Source: Gracilinanus agilis (Eukaryota). Taken from it: a stretch of DNA of 64,000 bases. Shown here one piece after another: positions 1 through 12,319 of this stretch. The DNA is taken from positions 207,503,156 to 207,567,155 of the forward strand of contig NC_058134.1 in NCBI RefSeq assembly GCF_016433145.1, in the 5' to 3' direction. The notes beneath the pieces are model-generated. The model was given only the letters and a program-made list of their open reading frames with translations. It ran no database searches and was not told the origin of the DNA. A program made the position numbers and the translations under genes. Position 1 is the stretch's first letter. Each line of letters opens with the position of its first letter.

Positions 1-149
1 TTGTGACTTCTCCCACAAAAATCATCTCTGCTAATATGCTGCAGTCTACTTAGATCAACCTAGTACACATTCCATTTATCCTTTGGGTTATCTGCTATTT
101 TGACTCTTTTCAGAATGTAGTGTTCCATGGTTCATAAACATACAGCATT

Positions 150-315
150 GTATTTGAATCTGGGATGCTGGAGGTCATCCAATTCAACCTCCTTATTTTA
201 TAGATGAGGAATATGTGGCCCAGAGAGTTTAAATGACTTGACCTACATTATACAAATAATAAACACAGCTAGGATTTGAATTTAGGTCCTCTGACTTTAA
301 GACCATAGTGTTAGA
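150..315 (-). mobile_element. MIR3-like CORE-SINE fragment
   Basis: Contains gaggtcatccaattcaacctccttattttatagatgagga and CORE gactt/ggatttgaa motifs. Confidence 0.55.
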
Positions 316-377
316 AACAAGATGGACTTGGCAAAGCAAACAGCTTGTGATCAATCAAAATGCTTAAAAAAAACCCA

Positions 378-562
378 AACAACTGTCTTAGATTTGATAC
401 TAAGTATTGGTTTCAAGGTTGAAGAGTAGTAATAGCTAAGTAACCAGGGATAAGTGACTGACCCAGGGTCACAGAGCTAGGAAGTATGTAAGGTTGAATT
501 TGAACCCAGGACCTTCTGTTGCCATGCCTGGTATTCTATCCTTTGAGCCACCTAGCGACCCT
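378..562 (-). mobile_element. Opossum tRNA-derived CORE-SINE
   Basis: Contains aagtgactgacccagggtcacagagctagg...tttgaacccagg...gagccacctagc, the reverse of the ggcagctaggtggctca head. Confidence 0.7.
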
Positions 563-1159
563 GGTCATTCAAAATGTTAAACAGTTTCCAGATTATGAAA
601 CAATGGAATCTCTCTTTCCTATTCAATTTTTGTATCCAGTTACTATCTGTAATAGCTATCTATAAATAGGTTATATTAATGAGCTAATTCAATAGACTGG
701 CTATTCAATTGCATATCATTGGGGCAATACATTTTTCCCATCCATTTTATTTTTCTAGTATGGTTGACTAGTCTAGTTTCACCTGATTATTATTATTATT
801 AACAATGAAGAAGATAATGATGATGATGACAATTCACTGAGGAATCCCTATTCTGGGGATTGATACAATCAGTACAATATTATCAGGAAATGGGGGTATC
901 TTGAAAACTTTGCTATGGATAAATAATTACTTTTCTGTTTATGTTCCTACCCCTTTCAATCCAATCTACTCTTTTGGTAGAAGGCTGTGGGGATACTTCT
1001 GTATTTGTTTCTATATACGCTGAAGTATTGGAAAAGGAAAAAGAATAGCTAAGGAAAGGAAAAGGAAGCAGAAGATTAGGATGAGGATTATGAAAGGTGA
1101 AAATATAAAACAAGTAAACAAAAAATACCCAGTATGTATCACAAACAGAAAAAACTCAC

Positions 1160-1295
1160 CTTGGTATATTCATCTTTGGCCTTGGTGAGCATTCGTAAGA
1201 TATCCACTTCCTTGCCCTCTCCTGAATTGAGGATCATTGGGGAGATTCCTGCTCTAGCCCCCTGACGTGCTTTCAGTTGCTCATATTGAGTCAGG
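1160..1295 (-). CDS. DCP1B: DCP1B coding exon 5 (136 nt; LTQYEQLKARQGARAGISPMILNSGEGKEVDILRMLTKAKDEYTK), includes the helical motif I (DILxMLxxAKDEY)
   Basis: ctttctag acceptor and GTGAGT donor. Exons 1-5 sum to 522 nt, 174 codons with no stop. Motif I is the EDC3/DDX6-binding motif of metazoan DCP1. Confidence 0.98.
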
Positions 1296-1369
1296 CTAGA
1301 AAGTGAGGGGTATAGAAGTAAACAGAAGGAAAAACTAGAAAAAAAAATAATGGTATAAAAAAAAAAACC

Positions 1370-1515
1370 ACAGGATATGGAGTCAGAGGACCTGAGTTTG
1401 AATTCTAACTTCTACTACTTTTGCCAAGTCACTGCTTTTCTGGGCGTCAGGCTCCTCACACTTAAAATAAGTGGTTGTAATGGATTTCTAAGTTTCTTTA
1501 GTTCTCTTTATATCA
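1370..1515 (+). mobile_element. MIR/MIR3 fragment
   Basis: Contains ggagtcagaggacctgagtttgaattctaact...caagtcact. Confidence 0.55.
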
Positions 1516-4196
1516 AACTATGGCCTGAAATGACTTAAAAATACTTTTAAAAAGGTAGTTTTAAAAACCATCTTCCTCAATTATTTTCATCTGCTTTTTC
1601 TGACATTAGAAATAAGACTAATTAGGAGTCCAAAGAAGTAGAAAGAAATGAGACTTAAGTTATGTGCATACTGACTGCATATCCAAGTCATAACAAAAGA
1701 AATGAGAACTTTCTAAAGATTTCTCCCAAGGTAAGACCTATAAACTCAGAAAACCTCTGAAGATATTGCAAAGGAAAGTGAAATCTGGTTCCATACACTG
1801 AACTTGGAGCCCCAAAAGAGGGCTGATCTCAATTTAGCTGCTGTAGTTGTTACCTCAGAGAACCCCTGACTCCTACTTCTAAAGCTCAGTCTCAGTGGGG
1901 CTATTAAAAATGGGAAGGAATTTTTTTTTTCCTGGTAAGCCTAACAACATAGAGACAGGCCAAAACTGCTCATGTCTTGAAGCTATGAAATCCCCAAAAT
2001 GGTATTTTTAAACCTACTGATTTGGATCCTATAGTAGGCCAAATCATAAGGAGTGATTGGTTACTCACCTAAAGTTAATGAAGCCTGTAAACCACACCTG
2101 GAATAAAGTTAACAATCTTGCTAGCAAATAGCTCCAGATTGCTATATTAGGAAATAAAAAAGCTCCAAAAGTAAATGACTGGTGCCTGGGAGAGAAGGCT
2201 TTTGTGTAGGCTAAGCCATACCAATTCCAGGGCATATTGTTCCTCAGATCCAATACAAACTCCTACCACACCCATTGCCTGACCTTTCTTTTCTGGACAC
2301 AACTCTGACTCAAAACCTACATCCTGAAATCTGTATCCTAAAACTGTTTCTTTATCCTTTCAGAAAGCCAAGTAAACTTATATTCAACTTGATATTCCTA
2401 TGTTTGTATGTTTCATTTTCTGGGAATCCTAGGTCTTGTCTCTTGGCCCTATAGCAAGCTCCAGGCATTACTGAGTGACTGGAGTAGCCTTACTTATATC
2501 TGGCCTACAAGAAATATTAAGTCTACCTTGAATCCATGGTGGTCAAGGCCAGAGATTTTACTGAAGAACCTCAGCTTAACTGACAGTCTTGAATCTACAA
2601 AAATCAACCATTAACTGCTAGTGATTTTTTTATTTAGTAGTAAGTACGGCAGAATTCTGATCTATATCCAATACTATTATTATAAAACCACTACACAGTT
2701 TACAAAAGCATGAATATTCTGAAAATTAGTCATAAACATACTTCAGCTAGCTAATTAAAATTCAGCATTACAAGCCAATTTCTCAGAAATTAAAGATAAT
2801 GAAAAGAAGACTCCCTTCACACACTGTGTCTTTTGGCCAGATTTTAACAACTACATTTGTGTTGACATTTCAATGTGGTCAGCAATGATCAAAGTCATCT
2901 TTGATAAATATAGTCATAGTCAAACTCATTTTGTTCTGAGGTTTTTATTCATTACCATGAATAGGACAGAAATAATTATCTCAGAGTAAACAGATCTGAG
3001 AGCTCCAGAACTGACTAAATGAGTAACCAACGGAAAAGCAAGCAATAATAGGTGCACTAGGGTCAATCAGTAGAATCAGTCTTGAACAGCAATGGCAGCT
3101 CACCCCAAAGGGGACATATTTGGCTGTATATTCATAGAGTCTTACTAGGACAGGGATCGAACTGGACATGTGACTTCCTTGGCAGTGGGAACTCTCTTTA
3201 AATTCTGCTACCAAATATACACCTTTTCTTCAGTTTAAGAGAGTTGATAAGTGCAAGAGTGTCAAACTCAAACAGATTTCTGTTAAGTAATGATTTAGAA
3301 ATCTACAAAGTAACATTATTTATGTACTATGTTTCTATTTATACTGTTAAACATTTCCCTCTTACATTGTAATCTATGCCACACTTGGGAATTTTCTCTC
3401 TCATATAGCCACTTCTAGCCTAGAGCACTGAGAGTTAAGTGACTTGACTTCATCCCACAGCCAATAAGTGTCTAAGGTAAGTCTTCTTGGTTCCAAATTT
3501 AGCTCTCTATATACACTATGCCATGTTGCCTCTCAGGGGCACTATTAGAATTAAAAAAAAAAAGGATAATAGCATGTTAGCATGAAATTCTACAATGATC
3601 AATAATAGAAACAATTCCTAAGAGATGAGAAAGGAAAAAACTGCCTTAGTACAAGTATGGTTTTATTACTGAAAAAATTAAAGTCTTCTAGGAAATAGTA
3701 AAGTGAAAACAAGTGGGAAAATTTGGTGGTGGAAAAGAGAAATCAAATTCAGTGCAGAAAAAGGAGAAAGAATTCTAGAAAATGTGAATCTTCCAGTATT
3801 TCTTGCAAAACCTTTGCTTTTCCTTTTTCTCTTTACAGATATGTAGGCTACTTATTTTCCAAAACAAAAAAAAAACCTACATTTAAAAAGGGAAAAATAA
3901 CTATATTTCATTAGAAGAGATAAAGTCCTATTTGGGAATCACTGATACTTTACACAGTACCTGAAAAAGTAGGTTGAATTGTTAGCTTATATATTACATG
4001 AAAGTAAAAGTACCAGCAGATATCTATGTCTATTTTGTAATAAAATTTATAATATTAAGTATTTAATAACATTAAACATTAGTGTTTAATTTATCATTAT
4101 GAAATGTTTCTAGAAAGAGATATTTCACAAACATTAAAATGTATTTATGTATGTGTGAGTGTATATAAATAAAAACAGCTGCCTATCACTACTCAC

Positions 4197-4263
4197 GTTT
4201 TCATGAGTTCTGCGATTCTTTGGCATTCTTCCTTATCGTAAAACCAGATTCCATAAATGGACA
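4197..4263 (-). CDS. DCP1B: DCP1B coding exon 4 (67 nt; L-SIYGIWFYDKEECQRIAELMK-T)
   Basis: ttttttcag acceptor and GTGAGT donor. Contains the IYGIWFY motif and C-terminal helix of the DCP1 EVH1 domain. Frame is continuous. Confidence 0.98.
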
Positions 4264-4289
4264 CTGAAAAAACACAAACATAAATCATG

Positions 4290-5075
4290 ACCATCTTCTT
4301 AACCACAAACCCAGCAGTGGTATAGCTGGATCAAAGGGCAGGCAGTCTTTTAAAGCCCTTTCAATAGTTCCAAATTACTCTCCAGAATGGTTGGATTAAT
4401 ATACAACTCCACCAGCAGTGTATTAGTATCTTAATTTTGCTACATCCCCTTCAACATTTATTATTTTCCTTTGCTTCCATATTGGCTAGTCTGAGAGGTG
4501 TAAGGTGGTACCACAGAGTTGTCTTTATTTGCATTTCTCTATTTGGGAGGGATTTAGAACACTTTTCATGTGATTATTGATAATTTTGATTTCTTCTTCT
4601 GAAAACTGCCTATTCATATCCCTTGACCAATTTGTCAATTGGGGAATGGCTTGATTTTTTGTAAATTTGATTAGTTCCTTATATGTTTGGGAAATTAAAC
4701 CTTTGTCAGAGAGTTTTGTTATGAAATGTTTTCCCCAGTTTGTTGCTTTCCTTCTAATTTTGGTTGCATTGGTTTTGTTTGTACAAACACTTTTTAATTT
4801 GATATAATCAAAAGTCATTCATTTTACATTTTGTAATATTCTCTATTTCTTGCTTGGTCTTAAATTACTTCCTTTCCCACAGATCTGGCAGGTATACTAT
4901 TCTATGGTTCACCTAATTTCTTTATGATTTCACTCTTTATATTTAAGTTATTTACCCATTTTGAATTTATCTTGGCATAGAATGTGGGATATTGGTCTAA
5001 ACCTGATTTTTCCCATACTGTTTTCTAATTTTCCCAGCAGTTTTTGTCACATAGTGAGTTCTTGTTCCAAAAGGG
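4290..5075 (-). mobile_element. L1 ORF2 3' fragment (degenerate), sense to DCP1B, immediately upstream of the exon 4 acceptor
   Basis: Minus ORF 4525-4818 (FDYIKLKSVCT...QLTNWSRDMNRQFSEEEIK) is L1 ORF2 C-terminal sequence. Confidence 0.9.
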
Positions 5076-6039
5076 TTTTTTAGACAATGAAATAACATTT
5101 TAAGTAGCAGAAGAACATTTTTCCTCGAAGTATTTTTTTCTTTAAAAGTTTTTTAAAAATTAATATTTTAAAAAAATTAATATTTACTTTTCTCTCTGTC
5201 CTATCCTTTCCCAATCCCAGTAGCAAAAAAAGAAAAAAACCCTTATAATAATTATGCAGAGTCAGAAAAAAAATTCATGTTGCATGCTAGTCCCTTTGGC
5301 ATGTTGGTGGCCCAATATTACTGAGTTTTGGTCACTATCATCTCCCCTTTTTCTGGATTATGTTCTCCCTCCCCCTTTGAATCATCAAGCCTGGCTTTCT
5401 GTTTTCACAAGCTCTTTTCAAAAAAAGAATCCATAAACTTTGCTTTTGTTCTACAAGGAAAAATGCACTTTTTCCATAAAGAGGTTATAACAAATCAATG
5501 GGAAATGTTATAAAACTTAAAAGCTTTATCACTAATTTGAAATCTTTACCTATAATAGATTCATCTTTAAAATCAACTTGCCCAGCTCTGTCTGGGATGG
5601 ATGTTGGTTAGTTCTCAGTTTCTAGACAATGAATTTAGTTTCACAAAGAGTGCCATTCTAAAATGTACTTTCTATGTCTTATTTCTAGGAACCCCTGGAC
5701 TTAAGGAGAATTCCTTCTGGATGAGCCCCTTCTCCACAAAATAGATTGTGAGAGGATAGGGAAAGTAAGATGGTATAATGTCCTTGATTACAAGATGGTA
5801 AAGCCCTTTACCTCTTTGGGCACTCTAATATTCTTCCTTCTGTGTGAGATTTTAAGCAGCTTATAGTCATCTCCCTTGGAAACTGTTTCTTGAATGTAAC
5901 TCTTGGCTAAAAGGGTCAGTTGTATAGAACCTTCTCTTGATTGGTTTAGATTAGTTTATTCAATGCCCCATGCCTACATGGGTTCAGAGTTGGTGAGAGT
6001 TGAAGAGAGGAGAGAGCCAGGATTTGAGGGCTTCTAGCC

Positions 6040-6428
6040 TTTACTCATCTACAAATAGGGATATTAATAGCACTTATCTTCTTGGGTTGTTGTGAAAATC
6101 AAAGGAGATAATAATTATACAGTCTTTATCACTGTGCCTGGCACACAGTAAACACTATATAAATGTTAGCTATTATTATTAGCTATTTGTCAGAGTGTAG
6201 TTAGGTGGCAAAATAGATAAAGAGTGCTAGGCCTGGAGTCAGGAAGACCCAAGTTCAAATGCAGACTCAGCTGCTTATTAACTCTGTGAACCTGGGCAAG
6301 TCATTTAACCCTGTTTGTTTCAGCTTCCTCGTCTGAAAAATCACTGGAGAAGGAAAAGGCAAACCAACCCCAATATCTAGGAAAATTCCAAATGAGTCAT
6401 GAAGAGTCAGACCCAACTCAACAACAAA
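6040..6428 (+). mobile_element. MIR 3' fragment followed by a MAR1 SINE (about 6195-6428)
   Basis: MIR tail gtgcctggcacacagtaaacactatataaatgttagctattattatt, then tRNA head, CORE and BovB-type tail ctggagaaggaaaaggcaaacc...aacaacaa. Confidence 0.75.
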
Positions 6429-6479
6429 TTTGTCAGAGAAGATACGCCATTCTAACCTCTCTTTGGGTTACTAAAGGGA

Positions 6480-8045
6480 AAGATGCTGAGAAGAAGCTGA
6501 AATGTAGAGGAGCTACATTTATGAAAAAAAAAAAAAAACTGCAAACTTCCAGAAAGAAAAAATTTAGGTACCCAGGAATGGCAACTAACACTCAAGATTA
6601 AGATGGGAAACTTCTTTGTAAATGACTGGTCAAACTGGAATATAATATTCCAAAAGGTCAGAGAGATTCTGTAAAACTCAGGAAAGTAATACAAATAAGA
6701 AAAAAAAAACTGGTCCTTTTATGCATAAAATTTTCAAGTATTCCTGATCAAAAAACTAAAGATAAATAGGAACTCTGAAATATAAAGTCCCCCCAAACCT
6801 AAAAAATCAAATTTATTTGAGTAATTGGAAGGAACTATATAATGCACTAATACTAACATTTTAAATGGGGAAGAAGAAATGTCTTCAGAGTATTGAGATA
6901 ATTTAAAAAGAAAAACATGAGTCCAAGAGAGGTAGTGTTTCTGTTCTAAGGATTTTAAAAATGAAAAGAGAAGGGAAGGTAAAGAAAGGTAAGAACACAA
7001 TAGTATAGTTAGAGGGAAGAAGAGGAATGGAAATGGCTATTTCTCATAATTTAGGTGCATAAGAATTTACAAACATGGAGGAAGGGGTCATGAAAGTAGG
7101 CAACAGAAGAATTTCATTCTTATCTTAAAACAAAGAGGAGTAGTATGTGTGTATATGTATACATACACACACTTGATTCAGAAATATATCAGACTAACTC
7201 CACCAAAATACATGTAATGTGGAGAAGAGGTAGTCAAGAGAGAGGATAATATATTGAGGTGGGAATAGTCACAAGCAAAATAAACTTTTTGATCTTGAAG
7301 AAGAGGAAAGTAAAGAACTAGAATCAAACGGGGGTTCCTTTGATGACCCCTTAGATAATAGGAGATTGATGAACAAATTATTACTGCAACATAAGAAATA
7401 ACAAGGGATGATTTCAGAAAATTCTGAGCAGTAAGAATTGACTCAGGCAGCTAGGTGGCACAGTGAATATAGAGTGCCAGGCCTAGAGAAAGGAAATGGC
7501 AAACTACTCTAATATCTTTGCTAAGAAAACTCCAAACTGAGTCACGAAGAGTTGGACTCAACTGAAAAATGAACGAATAACAAAGAATTGACTCTGTGAA
7601 GGAAACAGACCTGGGAGAACAATTCAAACAACAATAAGGACAATATTGTAATGGAAGACAACTCCAAAAGGCTTAAGAATTCTGATCAAATTACTAAAAA
7701 TCAGTCCCATTTCCAGAGGAGCTATGATGACAGATATAACATGTTTCCTGGCTGCACGGTGATGTATTCAAGAGTGGAATAAGACAAACATTTTAGGCCA
7801 GGGCCACTGTGTAGATTCTTTTTGCTTTACTATGTTTATTTGCTACAAAGTTCCGCCCCCTTCAGTCCATTGGGAAGCATGAGTTGAAGGGATTACTGAT
7901 TCCCTCTCTACCCAACCCCCACTGAGAGGGATAGTGTAAAGTTTTTTAAATGCACAAAACAGGAGGAAGCACAGGCAAGCAGGGCAGTTTAAAATATGTA
8001 GAATTTTTTAAAAAATAAAAAGCTTGTGGTATGAAGTAGAAGATT
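6480..8045 (+). mobile_element. Old L1-derived element: ORF1 3' part, spacer, extreme ORF2 C-terminus and 3'UTR (HAL1-like organisation)
   Basis: ORF1-like remnants (KKKFRYPG..., WNIIFQK) run into a purine-rich spacer and the L1 3' end, with no EN/RT sequence. Confidence 0.55.
7445..7582 (+). mobile_element. Internally deleted MAR1 (tRNA head fused to RTE tail) with 12-bp TSD
   Basis: TSD aagaattgactc at 7433-7444 and 7583-7594. Head ggcagctaggtggcacagtg joins directly to aaggaaatggcaaactactc. Confidence 0.8.
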
Positions 8046-8049
8046 TTGC

Positions 8050-10150
8050 ATTTTTGTACAGAATCTTCTTTTTGGGTTTGTGCCCATGGAAATGGCTCTT
8101 TTTAGGTGTTTTAAGTTTAAAATGAAAAAAAAATCTTGTTATATTCTGCTTTCTAGTATATTCTATCATTTTTGTTTATTTGTTTTATGGGTAAGTTCAT
8201 TTCATTTGTAATTTATTCTAAATAAAAAACCCCACTAAATGAAACGAGAATTCCCACATATATTGTGGAAAAGAAAAAGGTTGTACTAGAAACTGAATAT
8301 TATGTACTGTTTGCTTTTCTTTTTTTTAAGTATACAATATATTTTGACATAATTCTGAAGCTGTAGTGCTCGTCTGTGACTCTTTCTGGCCCTTCTTTTG
8401 TTCTTTTCTTTTCTGAGGGGGTGGGTGGTGATGAGAATCCTATTCCCAATACTCCTCTAAACTGCCTTCTCTGAAATTAAAAGTAAAATGAAAAAATAAA
8501 ACCCCTTAGCACAAACATACATTGTTTAGAAAAAAAATTTCCACACTGGCTATGTGCATACATACTTTGCCTGCTTATGTCTTTTAATCAAATTTATTTT
8601 GTCATTTCCTTATCTGATGTCATGATTACTACCACTGTTTCTTTTTTAATTCAGTTGATAACAAAAAATTTTGCTCTAGCAAAATCTGAACTTATCACAG
8701 GTTTTGATTATCTTTATTCTTTCTTTTTAACACCTTCAATAACATTTGTTTTGCTTATGACTAATCTCTCCCTGAATTTATCCTCCCCTCCCCCCCTTCC
8801 CAGTTCCCTCCTATAACAAATTCTTTGTGTGTTTGTGTGTGACAGACCCTTTTTTGACTGGTTAAAGTGAGGATTAAGTAATACCCATCACCCCCATCCT
8901 CATTTGTGTAGTCTTACTTTCACATCCTTATTTTAATATTGTCTTGGATTCACCAAGGTTCTCTTTGCACCATTCTGGTTTTAGGAAGAATCTATTACTT
9001 GGGCAAGGGTTTCCATCTTCCTCATCTATCATGACATTTATATAGTGCCAACTAAGTACCAGGCACTGTGCTAAATGCTTTACAATTATTATCTCATATG
9101 AGCCTCACCACAACACCAAGAGGTAGAAGCTATTATTATGCCCATTTTGCAGTTGGGGAAACTGAGGCAAACAAAAGTTAAGTGACTTTCTTAGAGTTAC
9201 ACAGCTAATAAATGTCTGAGGCTGGATTTGAACCTAGGTCTTCCTGACTTTAGGCCCAGCATTCTATCTACCACACCACATAGTTTCCCTATAGTCTGTT
9301 CTAAGCTATATGTTCTAATTCTTTCCTCCAGTTTTTATTTCACTTATAATTTTATTTTTTATCTATTGTTTAATTTCTTCCAGGTACTTTTTTAGTACTT
9401 GAGGCCAAAACATTCTTTTCTCTGAGGTTTTGCTTTCAGTTGTTATAGAATTATTAACTTTTGGCTTATCTCTTGGGCATCTCCTGATCCATCATAGTTC
9501 TCTACTTTATTTTGGGTCATCTTCTGTTTATTCTTATCTTTATTTTCAGTTGCTGATTTGAGACTTCATATCAGGCCTAGCCTCTACTCCCTCACAAACT
9601 CTTGGATGGATGGTCAAGCCTTACTTATTCCTGACCTCAACTTCCTATACTTCTGCTGCTGACTTCCACCTCTCTTTATGTGTCTGTTCTCAGGAAAGTT
9701 TAACTCTGTTCCTTCCTTAGACTTCACCCTCTGTTCCTTCTGTCTAACCCCAGTAGTTTCATAGTGCTTTGGTCATTAGAGTCCTTATATGTTTCAGATC
9801 AAGTTGTTTTGGACTTCTGGTTCAGTGTGGGCATCTGGTTTAGAGTGTTGCCTGTCTCAGCCCTGAGGGTTTCTGACCTATCCCCTCATCCCCTAGAAAT
9901 TCCCTGATAGAATATTCCAGACTTCTTGCCTCCTAGGAACAAGATGCTAAAGGTTTCAGATAAGAATGGAATTTTTGTCAGAGTACAGGCAGACTTATTT
10001 ATTTACCTGCTACTAACTTCAAGGGTACTAGTGTTACTGGCTCCTATCCCTGAACCCACGGATTTTAACCTCCATGGAGGTTCCTTATCTGAATACTAAG
10101 GATTTCTTACCATGCTAAGAATGGAGAGCTGATGATTTCAGTTGCCCTTC
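8050..10150 (-). mobile_element. Old L1/HAL1-like element (3'UTR, spacer, ORF1, 5'UTR remnants), interrupted by a CORE-SINE at about 9035-9290
   Basis: T-rich L1-antisense composition. The SINE contains gaaactgaggc...aagtgact...ggatttgaacctaggtcttcctgact. Confidence 0.55.
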
Positions 10151-10379
10151 AAGCACTTCTGGTCAGAATGCTAGCAAATGTTAGCTAATTAGCCTCACTA
10201 AATTTGTCTCTTATTGGTTTCCCTAGTGGAGGGATCTTGCAAAATTCTGTATTTGTTTTTTTGTGCAGTTCTGTGCTAGATAAGGCCTTTTAAGATTTTT
10301 GTTGAAGTATATGTTGGAAAGCCAAGACTCCAAATGATCTTTTATGCCTCCATCTAAATCAAAGGTCCATTCTCTCCCT

Positions 10380-12060
10380 CTTGATATCAACTCCTTTGGA
10401 TCTTGGTCTTGGGTCTCTTCTAAATTCTCTGAACTCTTTTTTGGTTTCTTGTCCTTTCCCTTCCTCCATTTCCCCACCTCAAGGTCTTATTCTTGGTCCT
10501 TTGGTCATCTCTCTACCCTTGTCTCATAGCATCAAGTATCATCTCTACCAAAAATGACTCCCACATCTTTATGACTACCCCTAAAGGTCTCCCTAGAGAT
10601 CTAGCAATGTATTTGCAAAAGCTTGTTACAGATCCTACTCTGGATATTGTGCCTTTGTCTCAAATGCAGAGGCTTTGTGGTACAGTAGAGTGCTAGACTT
10701 GGGAGTTAGAATGACTTAATTTCAAATCCTTCAGTGGCTTACTAGTTGTGGGCTCTAAACACATCACTTAAGCTTTTGGAACTACAATTTTCTCATCTGT
10801 CAAATGAGGGAGTTGGACCTAATGCCTGTGAGGTCCCTTTCAAGTCTAAATCCTTGATCCTAAGTCCAAAATTAAAGTGATTATCTTCCCTACAGAATTT
10901 CACTTCCCTATTTCTGCTGATCTGTCCAATATTATCTTACTCAGACATATAATCTCCATCTTTTTTAACTTTTTCTTTTTTAATATCCCCCTACCATCCA
11001 ATCAAATACCCAAGTCCTACCAATTGTATTTTAACAATATATCTCATGTCATGTCATCCCTCTCTACTCAACTACTACCACACTAGTTCAGGACTTCATT
11101 ATCTCTGACCTATAATATAAGAGGCTCTAATTGCTGTTACTTCTTCCCTCACCAAACCATCCTTTATTTTGCCATCCAAATATTTCCTAGTACTATCATA
11201 TTATATAAATTCTCTAATCAAAATTCTTCAAGGGTTCCCCAAAATCTACTGAATAAGATATAAACTACTCACATTATCCTTCAAAAGGCCTAATACAATC
11301 TAGGTCCAACCAAATAAATGTTGATTGACTGTTTATATAATATATCTTTCCACTGTATTTCATACTCTCTCCCACTTCTTATACATATTATTCCAGAAAA
11401 ATTAGGATATTTTCTACTTCTCCCTTCCCCCCAATTCCTCTTCTTTCCTTTCCTATCTTTGGCCTTTTTCCTATGTTGTCCCTCATGCCTAGCATGGACT
11501 CCAAACTTTTCTTCTCCATCTGTTTTGAGCCCCTCCCTTCTTTCAATGTCTGAATCAGGAAGTGCTTCCAGTATGAAGCCTTCCTCAGTTTTCTCCACCC
11601 TAGTTTAAAGTGCATTCCTCTTGTATAAATTACTTTAATACAAGTCTGCATCCTTGCCCCTTCCCTCTACTCATTAGTTTGTGAGCTAATACATGCATAG
11701 GGATAATTAGGTGTCACAGTGGAGAGAGTGCCAGGTCTGAAGTGAGAAAGACTCATGTTCCTTAGTTCAACTCTGATCTCAGACACTTCCTAGTTCTGTG
11801 ATCTTGACTAAGTCACTTAACCTGGTCTTCCTCAGTTTCTTATCTCAAAATGAGCTAGAGAAAGAAATAGCAAAGCACTCCAGTATCTTTACCAAAAAGA
11901 TCTTGAATGGGGTCATAAAAAGTTGGACATAACTAAAAATGATTGAACAACAAAAGAGGAATGAAATCTGTGTACTATTTGTCTTTAGAGCCCTTGGATT
12001 TAGAATAATGCCTTGCACATGGAAAGTACTTAAATATTTGTTGAACTGAATTGAATTATA
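10380..12060 (+). mobile_element. L2 ORF2/3' end with nested MIR3 (about 10670-10865) and MAR1 (about 11703-11955)
   Basis: Contains cctcaaggtcttattcttggtcct (PQGS.LGP) and tatcatctctac...gactccc (YHLY.DDS) RT motifs. L2 terminus aaatatttgttgaactgaattgaa. Confidence 0.8.
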
Positions 12061-12319
12061 AGTTTCAGACTACTATTTGTGGCGTTTGACATGAGGAACA
12101 AGGTCCTCAGCAAGGTAAGGTGCCAAGAAAACTGTTAATATATACTAGCAGGGCAATTTGACATTGTCAGTACCATAGCATAATTGAAATGAGGATTTGG
12201 GAAAGGAAAGTGCTAGGAAAACATCTTTAAAATGTCAAAAGGGAAGGAGAAAAAAATATGTTTCCTGGAAATTATTTTAAGACATGGAGGAGACTTCTCT
12301 ATATCAGGAAACATTTTCT

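Noticed and set aside
1-1100. DCP1B exon 6
   Set aside because: No match to the expected CKTCSEPK...NPNLIKPIPVKP peptide. It must lie left of the window.
2981-3214. 77-aa minus ORF in intron 4
   Set aside because: Non-ATG start, no splice context and no recognisable domain.
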